Part shown: one piece after another, positions 40,785-49,053 of the stretch | How the letters are laid out: each line of letters starts with the position of its first letter | Numbering within the stretch: position 1 is the stretch's first letter | NCBI GenBank assembly: GCA_022763185.1 | Contig: JALEGL010000006.1 | Location: 175,087-239,086, forward strand | Direction of reading: 5' to 3' | Origin: a bacterium | GTDB lineage: Bacteria; Bdellovibrionota_G; JALEGL01 | Length of the DNA stretch: 64,000 bases | Made by a program: the position numbers and the translations under genes | The notes under the pieces: generated by a model | The model's database searches: none | Told to the model about the DNA's origin: nothing | The model's input: only the letters and a program-made list of their open reading frames with translations

Positions 40785-40988
40785 ATGATGAAAAAAGATA
40801 TTCATCCAGAATACAATACCGTTAACGTTTCTTGTACATGTGGAAACTCATTTGAAACCCGCTCTACCGTTGACGAAATTAGAGTTGAGATTTGTTCAGC
40901 TTGTCACCCTTTTTATACAGGTAACCAACGTTTGGTTGATACTGAAGGTCGTATCGATCGCTTTAAGAAAAAGTACGGCAGCAAGTAA
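40785..40988 (+). CDS. rpmE: 50S ribosomal protein L31 (zinc-ribbon type)
   Basis: [27 protein letters not shown]...[10 protein letters not shown]. Confidence 0.9.
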   Translation: MMKKDIHPEYNTVNVSCTCGNSFETRSTVDEIRVEICSACHPFYTGNQRLVDTEGRIDRFKKKYGSK

Positions 40989-41035
40989 GCTTAAGCTTAC
41001 GCGTTGTATGATGATCATTTGTTAAGGGACTTTGC

Positions 41036-42106
41036 GTGCTGGAACATTTAAAAGATGTTGAAAAGCGTTTTGAAGATTTATCAAAGCAATTGTCCCTACC
41101 AGAAGTTGTTAGCAATCAAAATCAATTTCAAAAACTATCCAAAGAGTACGCTGACTTAAAAGAGTTGGTTGAAACCTACAGACAATACAAAAAAATCACC
41201 GAAGAAATAGAAGGTGCCAAGGAAATGGTAGAGTCATCTGAAGATCCAGACATGGCCAATTTGGCTAAAGCTGAACTGGAAGAGTTAGAGAAACAAGATG
41301 AAGCGTTGGTTCGTCAGCTCAAATTACTCTTACTGCCCAAAGACCCTAATGATGATAAAAATGTCATGTTGGAAATCAGAGCCGGTACCGGTGGCGATGA
41401 AGCAGCTTTATTTGCTGCGGATATGTTGCGTTTGTATCTCCGCTATGCTGAAAATCTCAATTGGAAAACGGAAGTCATGTCTAAAAATGAAACCGGCTTG
41501 GGTGGTATCAAAGAAATTGTTGTTTTGATTCAAGGGCAAGGGGCTTACAGCCAACTGAAATATGAAAGTGGCGTGCACAGAGTCCAGAGAATACCGCAAA
41601 CAGAAACCAGTGGTCGTGTTCATACCTCTGCCGTCACCGTGGCTATTTTGCCTGAAGCCGACGATGTTGATGTTAAAGTGGAAGACAAAGATTTAAAAAT
41701 AGATGTCATGCGTGCGGGCGGACCTGGAGGCCAGAGTGTAAATACCACAGACTCGGCGGTGAGAATTACCCATGTTCCATCAGGCATTGTGGTTATTTGT
41801 CAGGATGAAAAATCCCAACACAAAAACAAAGCCAAGGCCTTAAAAGTTTTAAAGTCAAGATTACTAGAAGCAGAGATTGCCAAAAAACAAGAAGAAGAAT
41901 CTTCCAATAGAAAGTCTATGATTGGTAGTGGCGATAGAAGTGAACGGATTCGTACCTATAACTTTCCTCAAAATCGATTGACCGATCACAGAATAGGCTT
42001 AACCTCACATAAGTTGGATTTGATCATGGAAGGTGATTTGGCAGAGATTATTACGGCTTTAAGAACATCATTTCAAGCGGAACAACTTAAAGACGCAGCC
42101 CTTTAA
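41036..42106 (+). CDS. prfA: peptide chain release factor 1
   Basis: GGQSVNTT (GGQ motif) and the PQT tripeptide at the RF1 position. Confidence 0.9.
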   Translation: MLEHLKDVEKRFEDLSKQLSLPEVVSNQNQFQKLSKEYADLKELVETYRQYKKITEEIEGAKEMVESSEDPDMANLAKAELEELEKQDEALVRQLKLLLLPKDPNDDKNVMLEIRAGTGGDEAALFAADMLRLYLRYAENLNWKTEVMSKNETGLGGIKEIVVLIQGQGAYSQLKYESGVHRVQRIPQTETSGRVHTSAVTVAILPEADDVDVKVEDKDLKIDVMRAGGPGGQSVNTTDSAVRITHVPSGIVVICQDEKSQHKNKAKALKVLKSRLLEAEIAKKQEEESSNRKSMIGSGDRSERIRTYNFPQNRLTDHRIGLTSHKLDLIMEGDLAEIITALRTSFQAEQLKDAAL

Positions 42107-42117
42107 ACCCAATCATT

Positions 42118-42954
42118 ATGACTGTTACAGAAGCCATTGCTTGGGGGAAATTAAAATTATCGGATGCTGAAAAAGACGATGCAGCTATAGCTCCTAGTAT
42201 TTTTTTAGAAAAAATTTTAGAATGCAGCAACGCACAATTGTATTTGAACAATAATGTTGAGTTAAATGTACAACAAGAAGAAACCTACAAAAACTATATC
42301 ACTCAAAGAGCGCAAGCCAAACCCTTAGCCTATATCATTGGTGAAAAAGAATTTTATGGACTTATGTTTAAGGTGAATGAACATGTTCTGATACCTCGCC
42401 CTGAAACAGAACTGATTGTTGATGAAGTATTGCGCCTAAACACCAAAGGATATGATTTTAAAAAAATTATGGATGTAGGCACTGGCAGTGGTGTCTTGGC
42501 CATTACACTCAAACATTATTTAAAGAATTCTGAAGTTTCAGCCATTGATATCAGTGCTGATGCTTTAAATGTAGCACAGTCCAATGCCCAGAAGCATGCA
42601 GTTGAGATTGAATGGTTTATTTCAGACCTTTTGCATGAGCTAAAGGATTCTTATGATTTAATTGTTGCCAATTTACCCTATATTCCATGGCAGGATCAAT
42701 CTAAGCTTAGTCAAGAAGTGTTGCAAGAACCGGAAAAAGCCTTGTTTGCGGAACAAGAAGGTTTGGCTTTGTATGAAGAATTAATTGAACAAGCCAAGCA
42801 GCATCTGACTGCACAAGGTATGATGATCTGTGAATTTGGCATCAATCAAAGTCAAGCCGTGCACAAAGTTTTTGAGCAAAATGATTTTACCGTGTTAAAC
42901 TGCATCAAAGATTTAAGTGAGATTGACAGAGTGATTATAGCTCAGAAAAGGTAG
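42118..42954 (+). CDS. prmC: release factor glutamine N5-methyltransferase (HemK/PrmC)
   Basis: SAM-binding MDVGTGSGVLAI and the NLPY (NPPY-type) motif. Confidence 0.85.
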   Translation: MTVTEAIAWGKLKLSDAEKDDAAIAPSIFLEKILECSNAQLYLNNNVELNVQQEETYKNYITQRAQAKPLAYIIGEKEFYGLMFKVNEHVLIPRPETELIVDEVLRLNTKGYDFKKIMDVGTGSGVLAITLKHYLKNSEVSAIDISADALNVAQSNAQKHAVEIEWFISDLLHELKDSYDLIVANLPYIPWQDQSKLSQEVLQEPEKALFAEQEGLALYEELIEQAKQHLTAQGMMICEFGINQSQAVHKVFEQNDFTVLNCIKDLSEIDRVIIAQKR

Positions 42955-43019
42955 CCGGTTACTTTGGGTACTTTTATGTATTATTTGGTACCTAAAGTAA
43001 CCGGCTACCTTTGGGTACC
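42947..43019. repeat. compound palindromic REP-like element between prmC and murA
   Basis: AAAGGTAGCCGGTTACTTT at 42947-42965 is the exact reverse complement of AAAGTAACCGGCTACCTTT at 42994-43012. It contains the same CCGGCTACCTTTGGGTAC 18-mer as 18717-18734. Confidence 0.55.
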
Positions 43020-43040
43020 TTTTTTAGAAAGAGAGTCGAT

Positions 43041-44306
43041 GTGTTGGAAAAATTAACAATTGAAGGGGGTCACGTTTTAAAAGGGGAAGTTAGCATTAGT
43101 GGTGCCAAAAATGCAGCCTTGCCCATGATGTGTTTACCGCTTCTTACAGAAGAACCCTGCACTTTAAGTAATGTACCTAACTTACAAGACGTTAAGGGTT
43201 TATTGAGTATTTTGAATCATTTGGGCGTTGAAAGTTTTTTTGAACAAGGGCCAAGCACCCTTGTTTTATCGGGTAAAAAATTACAGGCCAAAGAAGCGCC
43301 TTATGAAATGGTGCGCAAAATGCGAGCTTCCATTTTAATTTTAGGCCCTTTATTGGCCAGATTTGGAGAAGCAAAAATATCCTTGCCAGGAGGCTGTGCG
43401 ATTGGTGTGAGACCTGTGGATCAGCATCTAAAAGCTATGGAGTCAATGGGGGCAGAGATTAGAGTAGAAAATGGGTATGTTTTTGCTAAGGCAAAGCAAC
43501 TTAGGCCAACGGACTTTACTTTTTCTATGGTCACGGTGACCGGAACCATGAATGCTCTGATGGCAGCGGCATTGATTTCTTCTGGTAAGAGTACTTTTAG
43601 AAACTGTGCTTTTGAACCTGAGGTTGTTCAATTGTGTCAAATGCTGTCTGTTATGGGCTGTCAAATTGAGGGCATGGGAACATCAACCGTGCATATTCAG
43701 GGTACAAGCCATTTATCAGGATTTAAGTGCGATTTAATTCCTGATCGAATTGAGGCTGGAACGTATGCGATGGCCTCGGGTATTACGGGCGGAGAAATTT
43801 TTCTAAGAGGCTGTGATAAACAAGCTTTGGCTAAGGTCTTTGATGCACTTAGTCTCTGTGGTCTGGAGTCTTTGTCCAAAGATGGCGGTGTGTGGGTTAA
43901 AGCCAGTGGCAGTCTCACCGCCTATTCAATGACTACAGAAGTTTATCCAGGTTTCCCAACGGACTTGCAAGCGCAATACATGGCTTTGATGACGCTTGCT
44001 CAAGGAGAATGCCGTGTTGAGGAAACCATCTTTGAAAATAGGTTTATGCACGTTGCAGAGCTCAATCGCATGGGTGCCAATATTGAAATTGATGGTTCAG
44101 TGGCACATATTAAAGGCGTCAAACAATTAACCGGAGCGCCAGTCATGGCAACTGATTTACGAGCAAGCGCAGGCTTGGTTTTGGCTGGTTTAGCAGCTAA
44201 AGGAACAACTGAAGTTATGCGAATTTATCATTTGGATAGGGGCTATGTGAGTATGGAAAAAAAACTGAGTCACTTGGGAGCCAAAATTCAAAGGCTCCCA
44301 CAGTAA
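43041..44306 (+). CDS. murA: UDP-N-acetylglucosamine 1-carboxyvinyltransferase
   Basis: A GTG start gives MLEKLTIEGG...GEVSISGAKNAALP. The track ORF begins earlier at TTG, inside the palindromic repeat. Confidence 0.9.
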   Translation: MLEKLTIEGGHVLKGEVSISGAKNAALPMMCLPLLTEEPCTLSNVPNLQDVKGLLSILNHLGVESFFEQGPSTLVLSGKKLQAKEAPYEMVRKMRASILILGPLLARFGEAKISLPGGCAIGVRPVDQHLKAMESMGAEIRVENGYVFAKAKQLRPTDFTFSMVTVTGTMNALMAAALISSGKSTFRNCAFEPEVVQLCQMLSVMGCQIEGMGTSTVHIQGTSHLSGFKCDLIPDRIEAGTYAMASGITGGEIFLRGCDKQALAKVFDALSLCGLESLSKDGGVWVKASGSLTAYSMTTEVYPGFPTDLQAQYMALMTLAQGECRVEETIFENRFMHVAELNRMGANIEIDGSVAHIKGVKQLTGAPVMATDLRASAGLVLAGLAAKGTTEVMRIYHLDRGYVSMEKKLSHLGAKIQRLPQ

Positions 44307-44334
44307 AATACATTTATTTTTTATAAATAAGATT

Positions 44335-45240
44335 TTAGAAGTTAATGGTTGCTATACCTGACTCATGTTCTATAAATTCTCTAAGCTGATTGCCATATGT
44401 AACTGCAAAATCTTTGAGCCGGTTATTATTTGCATTTCTCATTAGTGAGTATGAAAAGAACTCATTGAGTAAAACAAACTCGTTTTCAACATCATAAATC
44501 ATGTTGAGTTGATTTTTAATCCATTCTTTTTGTGTAGGGGTTAGGTGGTTATTCCAATATTTTTTAACAGCGTCTTGAATGGACCGATATTCAAAGTATT
44601 GAGCATGTAGGGCTTCATGACTAAGCACTTGTTCAGCCGGGTAAGCATTTTGTAGAGAGACCGTTATAATATGAAAATCAGCTCCTTCTTGAGTTTGCAT
44701 CTGTTTTTTCACAATAGGAACCAATACATTGTTTTTAAAAGCACTTTCAGCTTGCGAAAGCTTAATATCATCCTCAGATGCAGCATTAAAAAAACCCAGT
44801 ATTGCAGGACTTGAAATATCGTGACCACCAACTTCTTCATACATAAACTGTAACCAAGGAGTATCAAAATCTACAATTGTTCCAGCAGAAATTTCAGCAA
44901 CCCCTTCAGAAAATAAAGAGATTCTTCCAAAAATTTGATTTTGATCTTCTTGTTTGTATGAAACACAAAGGTACGTATTTGGAACTTCAACAGCAGGGTA
45001 GCATTGTGTAGGAGAAATAAGGGAATACCGATCAATGTTGTTTTTAGTTATAGCGGACAAAGCGTATTGCTGCCATTCATTCTTTAAACTGACTCTTAAA
45101 CCTTTAAAGTCCTTATTAAGGCTAAAAGCGTTATCAATAAACTGAATTTGATCAGAAATATTTTTTTCGGTAAATTGGTTCTGAGCAGATAAGTTTACAA
45201 AAAAAGTACAAAAAACTGTGTATAGAAATAAGCGTTTCAT
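44335..45240 (-). CDS. hypothetical secreted protein
   Basis: Signal peptide MKRLFLYTVFCTFFVNLSAQ. No recognisable motif. Confidence 0.45.
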   Translation of the reverse strand: MKRLFLYTVFCTFFVNLSAQNQFTEKNISDQIQFIDNAFSLNKDFKGLRVSLKNEWQQYALSAITKNNIDRYSLISPTQCYPAVEVPNTYLCVSYKQEDQNQIFGRISLFSEGVAEISAGTIVDFDTPWLQFMYEEVGGHDISSPAILGFFNAASEDDIKLSQAESAFKNNVLVPIVKKQMQTQEGADFHIITVSLQNAYPAEQVLSHEALHAQYFEYRSIQDAVKKYWNNHLTPTQKEWIKNQLNMIYDVENEFVLLNEFFSYSLMRNANNNRLKDFAVTYGNQLREFIEHESGIATINF

Positions 45241-45409
45241 TTTGCTTTGCCTCCAAGTATTATTTCGTTTAATTTTTTAAAATCGCTTCATTTTTATAGC
45301 ACGGCGCGTAATTTATCAAGTAAATACTCGTTATAATGAATTCTGCTAAAGATATTTAAAACCTTACGAAAGCTATTTTTTTTGATATGGGTGGAACTAG
45401 GTCACAATT

Positions 45410-46312
45410 ATGAGCTGGTTAAATAAATTTAAAGCCCCAAGAATATCCAATGAAACCAAAAAGCGTGAGGATGTTCCAGAAGGTTTGTGGGAAAAATGCC
45501 CATCTTGTCAGGAAGTTTTGTTTGCGCAAGACTTGGCTAAAAATTTAATGGTGTGTTCAAACTGCCAACACCATTTTAAATTGACAGCCAGGCAAAGAAT
45601 TGACTGTATCGTTGATCCAGATAGTTTTGAAGAAATTGATCATGAATTAAAGCCTATAGACCCTCTGCATTTTAAAGACAGTAAAAAATACAGTGATCGA
45701 ATTAAATCAACAGCCAAAAACCTTCCCAATGAAAACGAAGCTTATATTTATGGCAAAGCCAAAATAAAAGGTAAGGACTTTGTTTTAGGATCATTTGTGT
45801 TTGAATACATGGGGGGAAGCATGGGCTCCGTGGTAGGAGAAAAGCTTACCCGGACTTATGAATTGGCTTTAAAAGAAAAAAAGCCGGTGTTGGTGATTAC
45901 AGCCTCAGGTGGAGCCAGAATGCAGGAGGGGATTTTATCGCTCATGCAGATGGCCAAATGTTCAGCCGCCATCAAAAAACTTAAAAAAGCAGGTATTCCC
46001 TATGTTGTTTTACTGACCCATCCGACTACAGGAGGTGTAGCAGCATCCATGGCCATGCTGGGAGATGTTCATTTGGCAGAGCCCAATGCATTGATTGGTT
46101 TTGCAGGACCTAGAGTGATTGAACAAACCATCAAGCAAACCTTGCCTGAAGGCTTTCAACGCTCAGAGTTCCTGTTAGAACACGGGATGGTGGATAGGAT
46201 TGTGCACCGTAAAGATTTGAGGAATACGCTGGACTTTTTTATTTCCAGTTTAGGTTACAAGCTTTATGCCGAAAAAAAGCCAGACATTAAAGTTGTTGTT
46301 TCAGAAAAATAG
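45410..46312 (+). CDS. accD: acetyl-CoA carboxylase carboxyltransferase beta subunit
   Basis: N-terminal zinc ribbon CPSCQ...CSNCQHH and the GGARMQEG carboxyltransferase motif. Confidence 0.9.
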   Translation: MSWLNKFKAPRISNETKKREDVPEGLWEKCPSCQEVLFAQDLAKNLMVCSNCQHHFKLTARQRIDCIVDPDSFEEIDHELKPIDPLHFKDSKKYSDRIKSTAKNLPNENEAYIYGKAKIKGKDFVLGSFVFEYMGGSMGSVVGEKLTRTYELALKEKKPVLVITASGGARMQEGILSLMQMAKCSAAIKKLKKAGIPYVVLLTHPTTGGVAASMAMLGDVHLAEPNALIGFAGPRVIEQTIKQTLPEGFQRSEFLLEHGMVDRIVHRKDLRNTLDFFISSLGYKLYAEKKPDIKVVVSEK

Positions 46313-46377
46313 ATGGTGAAGTGGGGCTTGACGTTTTTTCTCAAGCGTATAAAGTAGAATGAATGAGGAAAGTTGTC

Positions 46378-46710
46378 ATGAAGATGGATATAGCCGATAC
46401 CTTTGGTGAGCTTTACAAATTAAACTTTATTTTAGACGAAGGTCGTAAAGGCAATCACTTATTGTTCAGTTTGGATATGATAAGGCAAACGTTCCGTGAT
46501 GAGCACGATAGTTTGTTAGATCTGTTTGAAGGTAGGATTGAAGAAATTAATGATGTGCTCAATGATCTATTATTGCTGGATAATTTTGAAGAAAAAAAAG
46601 CATATTTACAAAGCTTGGATAATGAATTGCAAAAAGCCATGATTTTTGGCTATTTCCAATTGCTTGATGGTCAGATCAATGATGAGATCGTTGAGCCTAC
46701 GGTGCATTAA
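46378..46710 (+). CDS. hypothetical acidic protein
   Basis: ORF with AGGAAA before MKMDIAD. No recognisable motif. Confidence 0.4.
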   Translation: MKMDIADTFGELYKLNFILDEGRKGNHLLFSLDMIRQTFRDEHDSLLDLFEGRIEEINDVLNDLLLLDNFEEKKAYLQSLDNELQKAMIFGYFQLLDGQINDEIVEPTVH

Positions 46711-46724
46711 TCGACGTTAATTTT

Positions 46725-47495
46725 TTAATCTTGAAATTGAAATAAAACAAAGCATTCCTGATTGCCTTTGGGGCCTTTGATGTGGGCGTCGCTTTTTGCC
46801 ATGTACTTAAAAGGAAGATTGTTTTCAATCTCGGCAATACAAGCTGTAATTAAGCTTTGTCTTAGCGTTTCATCTTTAATCACGCCTTTGTTCAGATCTT
46901 TGGCTTGTGCCTGAAATTGGGGCTTGATGAGTGCTACAACTTGACTTTGCTTATGAAGAGCTTGGGTAATATGAGGGATAACTTTTTCTAAAGCTATAAA
47001 TGAACAATCAATCACCACCAGATCAACGGTTTGACTTAAGTCAATTGGAGAAAAAGTTTTTTCTGCATTAAAGTCTTTAACGTGAAGCGATTCTCGCCAG
47101 GATACTTTTGGATGTTGGTGCAGTTTGTAATGGAGCTGATTCTTACCCACATCAATACAATAAACATGTTGGGCATCGTGTTGCAGCAAGTAATCTGTAA
47201 AACCACCGGTGGATGCTCCTACATCCAAGCAAATAAGGTCCTTTGGCTGAATATTAAAATCTTTGAGGGCTCCAGCCAACTTAAGACCTCCACGGCTGAC
47301 ATAAGTAGGGATGATGTTTTTAATATGGATAAGGCTATCTTGCGCAACCTTATGTCCTGGTTTGCTTTGTTTTTCTTCGCCAATATAAACTTCTCCTGCC
47401 ATAATCATGGCTTGAGCTTTGGTCTTAGAGTCGGCTAAATGCTGATCAACCAAGAGTTGATCAAGACGAATTCGGGTATTTTTTTTTTTAACCAT
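46725..47495 (-). CDS. tlyA: TlyA family rRNA 2'-O-methyltransferase (hemolysin A-like)
   Basis: N-terminal S4 domain (RLDQLLVDQHLADSKTKAQAMI) plus the FtsJ-type motif CLDVGASTGGFTDYL. Confidence 0.85.
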   Translation of the reverse strand: MVKKKNTRIRLDQLLVDQHLADSKTKAQAMIMAGEVYIGEEKQSKPGHKVAQDSLIHIKNIIPTYVSRGGLKLAGALKDFNIQPKDLICLDVGASTGGFTDYLLQHDAQHVYCIDVGKNQLHYKLHQHPKVSWRESLHVKDFNAEKTFSPIDLSQTVDLVVIDCSFIALEKVIPHITQALHKQSQVVALIKPQFQAQAKDLNKGVIKDETLRQSLITACIAEIENNLPFKYMAKSDAHIKGPKGNQECFVLFQFQD

Positions 47496-47514
47496 ACTGC
47501 CTATTGCTGATCAT

Positions 47515-48414
47515 CTATGATTTTCGTTCAATAATAAATGTACTTAAGCACTCTAGGTTATGGTGTTTTAATTCTAAAGCTTTAAGATTACCTAAAATAG
47601 ATTGAAGCAGATGATGCATGGTGTTTTGAGCTTGCTCAAGACCCAGTATTGAAACATAGGTACTTTTATGATGTTCAAGATCGCTGTTGGCATTTTTACC
47701 TAAAGTTTGTGAGTCTTGGGTCACATCCAAAATATCATCGGCCACTTGGAAGGCAAGACCAATTTCATTGGCCAGTGTACTGAGCTTTTCTTGTTTTTGG
47801 GAATTTAAATCAAAGGCAATGGCAGGTGCGACCAAGGCGGCATTAATTAAGGCTGCTGTTTTGCCCATGTGAATTTGTTCAAGCGTATGTTGATCTAAAT
47901 TTGGGTTGTTTTCATGAAGAAGGTCTAGCATTTGTCCTCCCACCATGCCACATGCACCAGACTTTTGACTGATATATGACATGATTTGAGTTTTTTTCTC
48001 TGCGCTAAGATCCCATTGAGGAGAAGATAAAATTTCAAAAGCCATATTTAATAAGGCGTCTCCGGCAAGAATAGCCGTGGCTTCATCAAAAGCAATATGA
48101 CAGGTTGCTTGACCGCGACGTAAACTGTCATCGTCCATGGCAGGTAAGTCATCATGAATAAGAGAGTAAGTATGAATGCACTCTATGGCCGCTGCAATGG
48201 GCGTGATTTGATCAATGTTCTTTGCACCTAAGTCTTTTGCTAGAGCAAAACTCAATGCTGGTCTAATACGTTTTCCTCCGGCAAATAAGCTGTATTCACA
48301 CGCCTCCTTTAAACGAGGAGATAAATTGTTATGTTGTTTTAGATAGGTCTTAAGATAACGATCACAGCAATCTTTGCTAAACTGCAAAAGTTGGGTAAGT
48401 TGTGGAGACGTCAT
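47515..48414 (-). CDS. ispA: farnesyl diphosphate synthase / polyprenyl synthetase
   Basis: First DDxxD motif LIHDDLPAMDDDSLRRG and second FQVADDILD. Confidence 0.85.
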   Translation of the reverse strand: MTSPQLTQLLQFSKDCCDRYLKTYLKQHNNLSPRLKEACEYSLFAGGKRIRPALSFALAKDLGAKNIDQITPIAAAIECIHTYSLIHDDLPAMDDDSLRRGQATCHIAFDEATAILAGDALLNMAFEILSSPQWDLSAEKKTQIMSYISQKSGACGMVGGQMLDLLHENNPNLDQHTLEQIHMGKTAALINAALVAPAIAFDLNSQKQEKLSTLANEIGLAFQVADDILDVTQDSQTLGKNANSDLEHHKSTYVSILGLEQAQNTMHHLLQSILGNLKALELKHHNLECLSTFIIERKS

Positions 48415-48419
48415 CGCGA

Positions 48420-48644
48420 TTAATCAGCCAGGTCTTGTTTTTTCAGTTGTTGCATTAGCTGATCAACTTTTTCTTCAGCTTCAGTAATTTGTTGGGTACA
48501 AGTTTTTGACAGGTTGATTCCTTTTTCAAACAAGTCCAAAGATTTTTCTAAGGGCATATCTTTGGATTCAAGTTGATTGACAATAGATTCTAGCTCATCC
48601 AAAGCCACTTCAAAGGCAAGTTTTTTAGATTTTTTTTCGACCAT
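48420..48644 (-). CDS. xseB: exodeoxyribonuclease VII small subunit
   Basis: 74-aa product FEVALDELESIVNQLESKDMPLEKSLDLFEKG. Immediately upstream of ispA, which is the usual arrangement. Confidence 0.85.
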   Translation of the reverse strand: MVEKKSKKLAFEVALDELESIVNQLESKDMPLEKSLDLFEKGINLSKTCTQQITEAEEKVDQLMQQLKKQDLAD

Positions 48645-48649
48645 TGTTG

Positions 48650-48880
48650 TTATCCTTCAAGAAAAATTCTACTCACATAAAAACTGACCAAAATAAGAAA
48701 GCCGCCCAAGAGAAAGAGAAGCGTATGTCCAAAAACTCGACGCCGTTTTTTAATTTCACTGATGGATAAACCCATTATAATAATACAAAACCCCAAAAAT
48801 ACAGTTTCTAAGGTGATGGTGTAGATAAAATTAAGAATGTTTTGTGTACTCCAGCCAAACATGATTGGCAGAAATAGCAT
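48650..48880 (-). CDS. small hypothetical membrane protein
   Basis: 76-aa product with two hydrophobic segments. A 5-nt gap separates it from xseB. Confidence 0.35.
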   Translation of the reverse strand: MLFLPIMFGWSTQNILNFIYTITLETVFLGFCIIIMGLSISEIKKRRRVFGHTLLFLLGGFLILVSFYVSRIFLEG

Positions 48881-49053
48881 AAAATGATCGTCTAGTCGAT
48901 AGCAATAGTTATGTCATAGCTTTTGATCGCACAGCTCTTAATGCAATTTTTCAATAATGGTCTGTAAATTAAAATAAGCTTTTTTTTGTTAAAGTAGATA
49001 ATACGGAAGTTTTTCATGACGCATGAGGAGGAGCGTGTTAATATTGCCCAGTC

